Source of the DNA: Octopus vulgaris
Lineage: Eukaryota
Length of the DNA: 64,000 bases
NCBI GenBank assembly: GCA_951406725.2
Contig: OX597822.1
Coordinates: 82,832,001-82,896,000, forward strand
Direction of reading: 5' to 3'
Positions 40,194-53,669 of this stretch are shown in pieces. The first letter of the stretch is position 1, and the number at the start of each line of letters is the position of its first letter. The position numbers were made by a program, and so were the translations under genes. The notes below the pieces were generated by a model. It had not been told where the DNA came from. It ran no database searches and saw only the letters and a list, made by a program, of their open reading frames with translations.

Positions 40194-42664
40194 TATCAAT
40201 CAAATAACAGCTTTGCAATGTCAGGATGCTTCTGACAGTAAATAGAAGTATGTTAACTATTTTGCAGTATCTTCATATCCTGGCAGAAAAAGATTCTTCA
40301 GGTCTTTTCCTATTTTTATGCATAAAAAATGTAACCTAGGAATCCAGAGTGAATTAAGAGATGATCTATATTATCAGGAAGGTGGTTTAAATCAATCTCA
40401 AAGCCTGTAATAATTGTAATAAAAGCCATAATAATTGTAATAAGAATTTTCATTATATGGTCTTAGTTGTAATAAGAGCTGTTGATAGCTCTAAATCAGG
40501 ATTGCCTCTTCACTTTAATTACTCTTAGAAGTACTCCTACTCACTCACTCAAAGTGTAAGCATAGCTTGTCTAGCAAAGCAAGTGTTTGCTAGGGTTTTT
40601 GCAGTGTTTTACATAAAATATATAAAATATTAGATGAAACCAATTTTAAGATATCTACTTGTGTGTTGCCTGGGCACGATAGCATTAATCTACAATGGTC
40701 AGTGAGGAATCATTGATAATCTCTAAGACGAATAAAATGCAGTAGAAAGAATTTAGTTTGTTTAAAAGATAGCTGTCATGCTTGGATATTATTATACACA
40801 AGGTAATAAGCATTATTCTCTCTTAGAAATAAGGCAATTTTTAAAATCTTTTTGCTTCTTTAGGTGATTTTATTGGTTTTAAGAATCGGTTTGTAAGGTT
40901 TAAAGTTCAAACCATTTAAAAATACTTTTTAGAGAAATGTTTTTCTTTCCTTAGTAGTGGTTGTGCTGTTTGTATGTGTGTGTGTGTGTGTATGTATGCA
41001 TGTGCCTGTGTGCTCTCCGGATTGTTGGCAATGACTTTATAGTTATCAATATCCATCAATAGATAACACTGTCTGTTTTGTTAAAATAATGTAAATAATG
41101 AAAATTTATGATAAGACAAAGCTAAGACAAACTATTTTTCTGTGTTCTGAAATGAGAGAGTATTAGAACTTTTTTTTAACTAGGCACAAGGTTTTGTAGA
41201 AGTTTTATATATTATTGATAGCAATTGCTTATTTACCTTTGTGAAGAATTACATCAATCTTCCTAAATTATTATTATTATTAAAGTGAAAGACGAATGGC
41301 AGAATCAACAGTACTGAATACAATGTATTTTGGATTCAGATCTCATAGAGATCAAACTTCTGAGATCTATGAAAAAAATATGTGCCAGTCAAGAACTGGT
41401 GTTGAATATAATCAACTAAATTCTTTCCCTATAATTTCTGGCCTGGTACCTATGTTAGATGTCCTTTCCAAGTGATTGAATTATTAGGGTGTTGGCACAC
41501 ACTGGCTGGGAGATTGAATTTTGCAGCTTGTGACGAGGCTCTAAATCTGCTCAAGACAACTCTTGTTGGCTCACTCTACATAGTTGTTGTATATAGCAAA
41601 ACTTAGTGAAATACAACACCTTATCCTCTCAATTACATGCTTGTAGTGATTACAGGAAATTTTGCTGTAAGAAATTTCACTCTCAGAAAATCTGCTGTAA
41701 AAAGAAATAAGTTGTAGCTAAAAGTACACTATTTGCACTGCATTGGTTGGAATTTTTATGTTTTAAATAATCTCAGCACAATTTTAATCGTTGACATTGA
41801 ATAAAGACTTTCATTGGAGTTTTTATCTTTCTTTTTATTTAAAAAAAATACCCAGTATAATACACCTCATTATTGTCCATTTGCTGAATTTGTCTTACAG
41901 CAAATTTTCCTATTTAGTGAAATTTCTGACACCAAAATTTTCATAGAGCAAATTTTTCTTTGGCAAAAATGTTTATGGCGAATGTTCTGGACACAGCTTG
42001 TAGTGTGTCTATATTATAATGTTTTAGTGCAAATTGAGGTTATCAGAGATAAGTTAGGCACTCTAGTTGTGCCCATCCTCTCTGGATAATTCAGTTCAAT
42101 TGTTTTAGAGAACAATAGATTTGTGCCAGTGCTACACTGTATTCATGACCATCATTTTAACACCCACTTTTCCATGTTTGAATGGGTCAGATATTGCATC
42201 ACTGTGACTGTTCTCCATGCACCATGTGGGGAGATGTTAAACCTGTGAGTCTCCTTGCTCTATTGTCTAAATTTGGATCCCTTCAGAGTCAATACAAATA
42301 AATACCAGGTATGCATGAAGATCATTTCAACCAACTAAATCCAGCTAATGCCAGTTCAAATACACCTAGTGTTTTCAGAGGAAAGGCACGAATGGAACCC
42401 AATCTCATTCTGCTATTTTATAAATAAATATATCATCTTTATTCCTCTTCTTAAAACCTTCAAGGTAGTCAATATTATTGCCACAATTTCTTCAAGCATT
42501 GTTTGAAGTAAGAACAAGAATTTTGTTGGTTTAAAATTTCATCACTGGAAAATTATCAGAGCAATGAAGGTGAATTGATTTCTAAGGTTCTGAGTTCAAA
42601 TCTTGTTGTTGAGGGTTGATTTTGTCATTCTTTCTTCTGGTTGGGGTCACAGAGCCAGTAATTA

Positions 42665-42897
42665 TTAAACCCTTTAGCATTCAGATTATTATTATTCTGT
42701 CTAATACAGTGCTTATTTATTCAAATTGTTTTGAATTAATCGTGCATCATCTCGTAGCTTTGAGATTTTGATGCTGCAGTTCTTTACTCTTAGAATGATA
42801 TTGCAGGCTAGGTGAGAGGCCAGATCTGGCCGGTTTGAACATAAAACAAGTAGAATATCTGGTCTGGATATGGCCAGTTTAAATGCTAAAGGGTTAA
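42665..42897. mobile_element. piggyBac-like MITE (family B)
   Basis: ttaaaCCCTTTAGCATT ... AATGCTAAAGGG-TTAA. Related copies at ~22343-22565, ~22570-22788, ~27788-27995 and ~31421-31650. Confidence 0.75.
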
Positions 42898-43335
42898 GGG
42901 GCCAGAGTTGATTGGATCAACTCTGGACCAGTTTACCTGAGAATGTAAACTTGTGTTGTGCTTAGTTAAAAGAAATGAAACAAAATCAGTGGAGAAATTA
43001 ATTTTCTTTAGGTCACATGGAGACACCTGCCTGAACTTTAAACTGCCACACCTACTAACTACTACTACTACTACTATAACTGCTACTACTACTCCTACTA
43101 CTACTCACTATAACTGCTAAGCACTATACTGTAATATGCCAGTATCGTATCTAACATACAAATTGTGATTTATTTACTTTAACATACCTATTTTTCTCTT
43201 TTTCTACGTTCCCTTCTCTTTATTCTCTCTCTCTTTTCTCTCTCTTGCTCTCTCTCTCTCTTTCTCTACATCTCTTTTTCCTTCCCACACCTCTTGACCA
43301 TTCTCTCTTCGTCTCTTCTCCCCCTCTTCTCTTAG

Positions 43336-43413
43336 CCTCTAGTAGTACTTGCTCCTCTTCCTCCTCCTCTTCTTCCTCTTCTTCCTCCTCTTCTACATCT
43401 CACAAGACTTCAA
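43336..43413 (+). CDS. Candidate 78-nt phase 1-1 cassette exon, Ser-rich (ASSSTCSSSSSSSSSSSSSSTSHKTS)
   Basis: Very long CT tract ending ctcttAG, donor CAA|gtaagt. Length is a multiple of 3 and open in the phase of the host intron. Confidence 0.55.
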
Positions 43414-46400
43414 GTAAGTTGTCTTTCCTCTTCTGTTATGCTTGCTTTCATGTGCTGCATTGGTTTCCTATACATACATATATAAATATAAATATATATA
43501 TACATATATATGTATGTATGTAAACAAACACACACACACACTTGTATATGGTGTTTCTATTTTGTTTTTATTTTGTTTATACTTTTGTCCTTTGTCACTG
43601 TGGCTGGGATGTTTTTGATAACTGCTGTCTTAAGATTTTACTAAAATGAAATAACATAAAATTAAAAATTAAATTCACTCGGTCGAGTGAACTAATAAAA
43701 AAATACTTGTAGGTTTAAAATAAACCATAAAATAATAGAATGTTGTAATGTTGTCTGGACCTTCTTTGGCATTGTTTTTGTGATCTTTTGTGGTTCTTTT
43801 TCCATCTTGTATCCGTCTGTGCCTTTTATTTGTGTTTGAAAAAAAAAAAAAAAATAAATAAAGCCCTCTGACTCTCAGTTTTTTGGAACTTCTGTAATAA
43901 TTTTTATCCTGTAGTCTGCCAGGGAAAATGAGATGGTAAATTTCATTTAGCCTGTGTCACTCTCCCTTTTTTGGAAAATGGTCAGATTCCTTGAGTTTTT
44001 AGAGTAAGTGAAGCTTAATTGTTCCAGTTAAGATTTGAAACTGGGTCATGAGTCACAAACTCTAATTCTTTGGCAAGAACTTTCAAATACTCTTTGATGT
44101 GTGTATACATATATAAATGAATGTGTGTTTGTATACATATAAGAAATATGCAATAAATACAGTAATATTCACACACATACAAACACTGACTCTCCCTCAC
44201 ACATCACCATCGTCATCATCGTTTAACGTCCGCTTTTCCATGCTTGCATGCGTCAGATGGAATTTTGTTGAGGTAGATTGTCTATGATAGGATGCCTTTC
44301 CTGTTACCAATCCTCACCTGTTTCCAGGTAAGGCAATGGTTCCACATGGCCAGACGTGTTTTTCGTCAAAGATTGGAAACAAACAGTCTCACTTGTATGA
44401 TGATGATGTTGTTTGAGACTATCACATGGTGTCACCATGAGATTACACACACACACACGTATGTGTATATATGTATGTACACACACGTACACACACAATG
44501 AGCTTTGTCTAGTGTCTATGAAATCCATTCAAGCTTTTGGTTGGCCTTAGGCTTTAGTAGAAGATGCTTGCCCAAGTGTATATATAATATTTATGCAGTA
44601 TATTTGTGTGAATATATCTATATACATGTGTATAATATGTATATATATGATATACATTGTAATATAATAATAAAACACACAGATATATATATGTATATGC
44701 ACACACACAAAAATCACATATATAAAATATAAACATATATATTATTGTTAAGACGATACTGAAAAGTTGTAATTGTGATTAAAATCTGTAATTTAAAATA
44801 TCTAATGATAGAAGTACTGCTGTTTTATAATCTTGTTTAATCCTCATGACTCTTCTAGTGGCATTTATCTGAAATGATAGGGATTTCTGAAAGGATCTGA
44901 GTTTAAGGATTACAGTGTCAAAAAAAAAAAATGTATTTAGATTATATGTATGTTATCAGGTATTAGATTAGTTTTAGCCTCTTGTTGGTTGGTTGTTCAG
45001 TTTAGACTTTCATCTGCCATATATTTCTATGACATTCTGAAATATATTCACATGCTGTTACTTTAGACTGAAGCTTGTAATAGAGATGATTATAATAATG
45101 TTAATCAGATTGGAATTTTTATTTGCATATCAGTAAAATAATAATTTATTCTTGTATTTTCACCCTTTAGGTTATTTATTGAGGGTTCTCCCTATTGAGG
45201 CCTTAACTGAAGACTTGAGGGTATTCTTTCACAGAACAGGCACACACACAGACAAGAACAAGCACATATACACACTGACACAGACAAGAACAAGCAGCAC
45301 ACACACATGTACAACCCATTAGCTTTCTTCTCCTCCTTCTCCGATTTCGTCAACTGACAGTTGATAGGACACAGACACGTGCTTTCACGGAAACAGCCGA
45401 ATTGAAGTGTTCTAATTTTGTGTAGTCATATCGAAAGAATACCGATTTGAGCCTGTCACAAAGTAAGAGTTGCTGTAATGAAATAGTCCTTCCGTTAATT
45501 GCCAAAGGATTTCAGTCCAGCACTACAATGTAACAAGTAGCAAATCATAACAGTACCATTGCCACTGGTTGGAACTGTAAACTATACAAACTAAACTATA
45601 TAGACTGGGCCAGTGAGAATTGTGTCTCTTTCTAAATGACAATATAATGAAAAGATTTCAACCATCAACCATTTAGCTGGTGGTTGGTATTTTGTGGACA
45701 TGATTGGTTGCAAGTGTTAGTTTCTGCTTGAAGAGGCATTGGCATCATCATAATATCTGCTTTCCATACTGGCATGGGCTGGATAGAGTGACAGGAGCTT
45801 GCAAGTCGGCAACAGTCACTTTACAGAATGTGCTGGGTGCATTTTATGTGGCACCAGTATGTTGATACCACTTGCAACTAACATTCTCTTTTCATGTTCG
45901 TTCTGATTTATTTAACTTTTTTTATATTCCTTTAAATATTTAGTTGTACTGTTTCAGAGAAACTCATTCTGAAGATGGTCTTTGAGTCTTTTACAATTTC
46001 CAATATTAGCTGGTAGGAATGAAATTTAAAAAAAACAAAAAAAAAAGTTTTCTTCAAGTGCATGAGACTTTGGCATCAATCTTTTCCTGGCAGGTTCTAC
46101 TTTGCTTTTTTTCTGTTGGCTCCCATTGTTCTTCGTTCAACTTGTAGTAATATTCTCTGATATAGTAGCTATTTGCATTTTTATTGGATGAAGTTATGGT
46201 TTTTATCCCCCTCCCCCATGTATTTGATTGAATTAGGCAAAACCAGTTGACTGTAAAAGTTTGATTGAAAAATTATTACGTAAACCTGATATCAATCACT
46301 GAAAAGTTTAGAGTGTGTGTTCTGAAAGTTTCAACGTACTCTCATAGTCATTTTAGATACTGTTGTCTTATCACAGGAAACCTACTTTCTATGTTGGTTT

Positions 46401-47536
46401 TGAGGATTTCAGGCAAACTCTTTTATCTTCAAAATTGATAAGATTTCAGACTGACCAAATTATATATGTATATGTAGGATTATATGTATATATATATATA
46501 TATACATACATTCTTCATTAATTTCTATTAAATAAAAAAAATCTACTAGTTTATACAATTTATCAAAATCATTAAAATATCTTAAAAACTTCCGTTAAAA
46601 AATGATAACCCAAACCCTAAAATGTTTCTGTGTGTTTTGGTGTATATTTTTTATCCATTTTCTTTATATATTTAAATGTTGTTTGAGGTAATATTTTAGT
46701 TTGATGAAGTTTTGTCTTCAGCTTCAGTTGTCCAGTTATATAGCAGCAGATTGGTTGTTTTTTTGCTTTTGGGTAACTTCATTTTGTTCAATGTGATGAA
46801 AAGTTTTTATATAAATATTGCTTGGACTTTGAATTATAAATTATTTTACTAATAAATCTTTTTGAATATTTAGTTTTTTCATATTTACATTTCTGTTTTT
46901 TTCTCTTTGGCATGTTCTATGGATTTTGTAGTTGAAGGGAAGGATTTTTGGGTGACAACAGAAAGGGGTTGTTACTGCATGTCTTTGGTGATTCCAGTTT
47001 CTTTGTATCTGCTAGAAATAACCTGCACTTTGTTGTTTTATTTTTCCTGTGCAGTTTTCTGTCAGTCGTATTTGTGTACTAATTCAAAGCAAGGCAATAA
47101 TAACTATTTAAAAAAACAAACAAAAGAAAACGGTTTCTTATAAAAATTTTGGGATTTTTATTTGTTGGAAATGGAAAACATTGATGTGAAAAAAACACTG
47201 TTGCTGATTTTCAATTCCCATTTCTATTTGTGTAACATTTGCTCATGTGTTTTATTTGTTGGTAAAAACTGAAGACTTGGATTTCATTGTCTCCTATGAA
47301 CAAGAGAATTATTAGCTGAATGACAAAATAGATCTTTCTTGCTAATACTAACAGGCCATCGTGTCATCACTGTATTATGATATATATATTATGAAAATAA
47401 TTATAATGTAAATAATAACTTCTATATATATATATATACACATCTATAATCATTTATGAAGTTGTATATGGCCGCTTTTTTCTTTCTTTCTTTTTTTTTT
47501 TTTTTTACCTTAATGAAACTGCCCCTTTGTTTGTAG

Positions 47537-47569
47537 CCAATAGCAAGACCCGAGAGTCTGGAACCTCAA
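47537..47569 (+). CDS. Candidate 33-nt phase 1-1 microexon (ANSKTRESGTS)
   Basis: Poly-T tract, cttaat branch-like motif, tgc...ttgtttgtAG acceptor, donor CAA|gtaagt. Frame preserving with no stop. Confidence 0.65.
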
Positions 47570-50500
47570 GTAAGTATTGTCTTCACCAGTTAAACCAGAT
47601 GGTTGAAACGGCTTCTTTATTTTCCCACTGCTGCTCTTGTCTCTTGTCTTGCTGGCTGAGTTATATTTGGCTTCTATTTTATTGTATTGCTATTGTTTGG
47701 TTGATGTAGTTGATAGCAGTATTTGAATAGTTATTACTATTTATATTGTTGTTGTTCCTGCTGCAGTTATTTTGCTTGTTTACTTAATACATATAACTAC
47801 TAAATCCATAGTGAGATAAGGAATAAGGTTTGGATGGTGTATGCAAAGAATGGACAACCAGTGTTGTTGTTGTTGTTTACTATCTACTTGTGATATGTGT
47901 TGTCAAATGAATGTCGTGCAGGAGTGGGGTTTACTGCAGCAGTTCTTGTCAGTCTGAGATATGGAGGTGGTTGATCAAAACGTTCATAGCAGTTTGTTTA
48001 TCGTACCCACCCTACCATTATTTCTTCTGATCTGGGACCATACTGTACAGTCTTTCATCTGCTCAAAGACATTTGGTTATGTCTACTATGATTCAGTTTG
48101 CTATATGCATGTTTACACACACACACTCACACATAAATATACATTTTGTGTTGACTGTCAGGAAAAAAAAAAAAGGAGTCCATGATAGCATGGTAGAGAT
48201 TAATAATTTATTTTGGTCGAATCAATCTGTTACTTCTGAGTTTTGCCTGTGGGTGCTCAGGGTCTTTGGCAAAGGATTGACTCAATATATATATATCTTT
48301 GACTGTTAATTGCTTTCATTTGTATATTCATTACTTCTGGAATATTCTAAGAACCCCATCATAATTATTACCATGATGTGTCAGTGCTTCATGTTTGTTC
48401 AGTTGTTTTTCGTTGTGCCTATTTCTTTATGCTGCAAAATTGTTCAGTATAGGGCATTGAAGTCAGTTCAATGTTATAGAAATTTTCTAGTTCCGAATAA
48501 AACAGCTGCTACAGTTGTTACTTGTTGAATTGTTGGTGTTCATCAGATAAGCAGTTTAGTTCTTAGTTGGGTTTAAGAATATAGACGATGCTGCGTGTGT
48601 ATTTGTGTTTCTCTGTCTGAAAGTTTGACATGTCTTACTTTGAAATGTCCCATCTCAGGGACATTGCTATATATTTCTTAACAGGGTATCTGATATTAGT
48701 ACCAGTGTTCCAAATTAGACTTGATACATCAATCTCACACTCTGTAATAAAGTATGCGTTACTGCTTACCTCACTTTGCAATGAAGTATGTGTTACTCCT
48801 GAGCAAATCCAACAATCTGCTCCCTTTTACTTGCCGTTTTGAAAGGCATTTCAAAGTTGGTGAATAACTTATCGTGTAGTTTGTTATCTTTAGTGAAATA
48901 CCTAAGTACCTAGATAATGGTGGTGGCATATTAGAACATTATTGTCAGCTTGCTCCACGTACAAGTGACTGAGGATCTTGGCTATTGCAAATTAGGGAAA
49001 TATTGCGAAACTAATAGTGTACCCCCCCCCGTCTGATCTGGCAAATTGAAAACCATTAATATTCGTAGAGACAAGTCACATAACTTAGCTTCAGTATGCC
49101 TTGCTAACTACATGCTCCACTCTTATTTTGTGATTGAGTAGAAAGTGGCTGAAATGGCATTCTGCTATGGAAACGAGTCCTTCTAGTATTAGAATTCTCA
49201 GGTCTCATAAGAGACTGGTTCAAAATTGTAGATTCTGTAGTGGTGATCTTGCTGTCTTTCGAATCCCCATATTTATTGCAAATAGTTCCTAGTTGTCTTA
49301 TTTGCAGTTGACAGCTGAATAAAACAAAACCTGAGGAATAAGGAACCTCTCAAAGTCAGCCAAAGACACAGTGAAACACATGCAGGCCATTTGTAACTAG
49401 GAGCACAATAGCTCATCCTATTGGTCCTTTCATCTCCTTTTCTACCTGCTGTTATGTCACTGTCCCAATTTTAATCATCTTCTTGACAATGTCTGGTGTT
49501 GAATAACAAAAATTCCTTTTCTACTGCCTTGGGTTGCTAAATGAGGTTAATTATATCAACAGCCTTTAGATCACATAAAACATTTAGGTTTAATATTGAA
49601 TAGAAAATGGGAAACTACTGAGAATATTTTTATTAGAATAAAACTTAGTAATGATAATATAAATTCAGTAAAGGTCATCTGAATGAGATACATTTCATGT
49701 ATATTTTTTTGGAGTAGATTTTGTTATCTTTGGATTTGCTTATTCACGATTCTAGGCATATAGGTACATTCTGTTCATTTTGTTTTGGTTTTCATTAATG
49801 TAGCTCAACTACTAGAGGATGCAGAGGGTTTTTTCCTGCTTGTTAAAAACTTAATATTGTTTCAAATTTTATTAAGTAAATTGAAAGCTGTAGTGTAAGG
49901 GGGAATAACTGGGGGTTATTTGAGAATTTGTGTTATGTTCTTTAACACACTTTGTTGAGGCATTGTGACATAACTCAGAAAATAGCTTCATCCTCTCTCA
50001 AAATTGGAACTTGTCAAAAGACTTTTTGTAAGATCCGATAAAGTATCTTTTCCTTTTTGTCTATGAAGCCTTGAAATTAAAAAGGAAGTACAATTGATGT
50101 GACATTTATACCTTTCCCCAAAATATTAGTGACATTGAGTGAGAGACTCAAAACTAAGAACTAAACCAGGTCACTGTTTCTAGGAACTTACTGCTGTTTT
50201 GATTGTTGCTAAGTTAAAACGTTGATCTTAATTAAATATTTCAAGAAAATATAGAAATAATCTGTTGAGTATATCTTGACTCTTTGGTGTAGGTGACTGT
50301 TGTTGGGTTGGTTTTTTTAAAAGCTTACTAATTTTTGGGTAATTAGTGTTCTTCATACTGATAGCATGTGATTCTAAAGAGAAATTTATGCAGATAACAT
50401 GGAAATTAGAGATTCTCAACCATTTTTTGTTTTAAAAAAATCCTATTATATTTTTTTAAACTTAAATATTAGGAATTGTATTAGAAAAATGTTAAAATGT

Positions 50501-52319
50501 TTTGTGCATTGTAGAAGTATAACTAACTTAATGCTTGTAAGGTTTAACAAAATCTTATGTGGATCCCCAAGGGTCATGTGGACCCTGGTTGAGAACCACC
50601 GGTGTGGACAGACACTTCAATCCTTAACTATTTTTTAGATAGTTTGTGGACATTGAATTGACAAAAAGAAAAAAAACCAAAAGAAAAAAATAGCAAAGAA
50701 ACAAAAACCCTAAATTTGATTTTTACATTCATTTAAAATTAGTCTTGTTACTAATTGAGGATTTGAGTCTTTTTACCTAAATATTAACATCAGATTGTAG
50801 GAGAAAGTTCCAGTTTTAACTAGCAGTAAATGTAGTTTATCCCACATTAAGATTCACATCATCAAAACTATGGACAAATTCATTTTAAAAAAAAAAAACA
50901 ACTCTGTTGATTTTCAACCAGTTTTGCAAAAACAAATGAAATTTATTTGATAATTCTAAACTTTTCAATTTTTATTTCATTTTTTTTTTAATGAAGAACT
51001 CTTAAGTTTAATTTTGTACTGATGTTTGTTTTTGGACAATTTTAGTTAATTCTGGCATGACAAGTGTTTAAGTGAAGCACTTGGCTGTCTCATCTTTATG
51101 GTTGACATGTCCTAAAATTTCATATTTCAAGAGCCTTAATTAGGCATTACACAGTAAGATGGAGTTTGTTAATAAAAATCCAGCTTCATTAGATAGTCTT
51201 TATTGAAAAGGGAGCCCAGTCATCATCATCATCATATCATTTAGCATCTGTTTTCCATGCTGGCATGGGTCGGATGGTTTGACAGCAGCTGGCTAGCAGG
51301 GAGCTGCATCAGGTTCCAGCTGTCTGTTCTGGCCTGGTTTCTAATGGCTGGATGCCCTTCCTAACACCAACCACTTTACGGAGTGTACTGGGTGCTTTTA
51401 ATGTGGCACCAACATGGTGAAAATGAATTATTTCTTAGATTTGGGAGGCAAGCATGCTGGATTGAAACCCCAGTCTTGTTGTCCACTTTAAATGAAAGAC
51501 TTACTGTGGAAATGGTTGCTTTTGGATTCTTTATACTGTTTCCATTCAACCTTTTAAAGTCTGCATAACATCTCTCTGTCCATTGTAGACCTGTTGTATA
51601 TTTAGACTGACCAATTCCATTAACTCAGTGAGTGCCGGTCAGGTTTATGGTTATTGTAAAATAATTTATTCATGTAAAGGTAAATTATTTTGCTGGTATT
51701 ATTAAAACCACAATATACACTCACTAATGTTAATCCTTTTGTGACCTTATTTCAACTGAAATACAGTTTCATTTTATTTTTGAATAATCAAGCATTTGGA
51801 AGGATCTAAAAAATAACTAAATTCTTCATATTAAACTGCTTTTTGGAACATAACAAAAGGATTTTATATAAAATTGTAATAGAAAAGTGACTTTAAAAAA
51901 AAAATTAATACTTTAAAATGAGCAGCTTTATAACAGAAGAAGAGGTGGTCACAGATGGGTTGGTATCGAGGATTAATTATATAATTTGGCATTTTGGGAG
52001 ATATTATAACACTTAAATTTAACCAAGTGGCCCAGTAAATAGTTGTAATGAAAATAGCACAAGGCTTTACTACAGTATTTTAGTTGAACATATTTTACAA
52101 CAACTGGGTTGGTCTTTTTAGTTGCTTTGGTGATATGAATGTGAATGACTAGGGTACTGGAGAACCAGAGATCAATGTTAATATTTGTAGCACCATAATA
52201 TTTGTCTCAGCAAATAGTGTTCAACTGATAACTGAATTGCTTTGATTAATAGTGAATGGTTTCTTATTTTAGACAATATAAAACAACCATTTAGTAAGTG
52301 ATAATGGTTATAAGACCAA

Positions 52320-52590
52320 TGAACTTAGTGTGTACAGTGCTCAGGTACACAACAACTCGTCAGAAAAAGTAGCCAAAAGTACATAGAATAAAGCACAAAA
52401 AGTAAAGAGTGAAAGAGTCTTTGAAAAAGGTTGGGGTGAGGCGCCAGGCGTACTTTTGGCAAATTTCAGGTAGTGTGGAAGTTTTGAAGGCTGTAGTGTT
52501 CTGGCAGCTGGCAATTGATGTGGGTAGTTTATTCCATGCTTCTGAGCATGAATACATGTTTCTGAAAGTCATGGGTGTGGTGAGTTTTTT
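52320..52590 (-). mobile_element. 3' fragment of a CR1/L2-like LINE
   Basis: The minus-strand peptide EAWNKLPTSIASCQNTTAFK resembles the C-terminal 'xWNxLPxxvVxaxsLxxFK' motif of CR1-clade ORF2. Confidence 0.65.
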
Positions 52591-53639
52591 TTAGCTTTTT
52601 ATGCCTTTTGAGAAGTAGAGATTTATCAGTAACTGATTAAAATGATTAAAGTTTAAAACTTTGTTTAAAGGAATCATCTTCATTTTCTTCAATTAGTTTC
52701 TGTGCTGATTTCTATTTAAATGAAAATTTTGGGAATTTTCCCTTTGTGTGTGTGTCTGTGGAAATATTTCTGTACAAACATATTTAACACAATGTTTAAC
52801 ACAACGTAGTTGCAACTCAGCTAAAAGCATGGTTTATTTATTGCCTTTTTTGTCTTCCCTGCCTTTCTAATATTACTGACATTAAAAAAAAAACAACAAA
52901 TATTGACCCCCCCACTCCTTGAATGTAATCCTGTTCTGTGTTTCGTTATTCTTCATCTATTTGTGTTAACTATGTCTCGTATATTATTTCTTTACTCGTG
53001 TAGTCCATCTTACTACATCTGTTTCATTTTTTTTCCTAATTATTTTATTGGGCATTGTTTCTTTGAATTTCTTTTCCTAGATATTATTTTAGCCGCCCTG
53101 CCCCCCCCCACCTCCATGTTTGATTGGCTTTTTGTTTCGTAACAATAGATTGTTGTCACTCAGTGCATCGTTTGAAAAAAAAATTAAAAAAAGTTTGTTT
53201 TGCAATTTGTTGATAGCTTTTATGCGTGTTGCAAGTGTTGCTAAACTTGCTAAACCTAGTCTAATAAAGGGTTTGCATGATTATTCCATAACCATAACCG
53301 TTTTTTAAAGTATGGTTCAGATTTGACCCAGCTTCAAAAAGTCTTTCACAAATTCTCATTTCCACATCCCTTAAGTAGTTTTTCTTCGTGATTGTCTTAA
53401 GATGTCACCTTAGCAGTGTAATCTTTACAGCACATCTCACTTTCTAGTTTAATTACATTCCCAGCATAACAGCCAGAAATGGAATGCAAGTGCTGTTTGG
53501 TCTTTTACAAAATTTTGTATCTTTGACTATCTAGTAGTTGAATGGCTAAGAGACTAGTTTACAATATCCAAAGTCTACCACTGCTCTTGTCATCTGTTAT
53601 AATCTTGACAAAGCCTATTCTTGTGTTTACCTCATTCAG

Positions 53640-53669
53640 CCGAGAGGAAATTCTTACCTCTGCTGCAAG
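53640..53669 (+). CDS. Candidate 30-nt phase 1-1 microexon (AERKFLPLLQ)
   Basis: Acceptor ttacctcattcAG, donor AAG|gtagga. Frame preserving with no stop. Confidence 0.5.
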
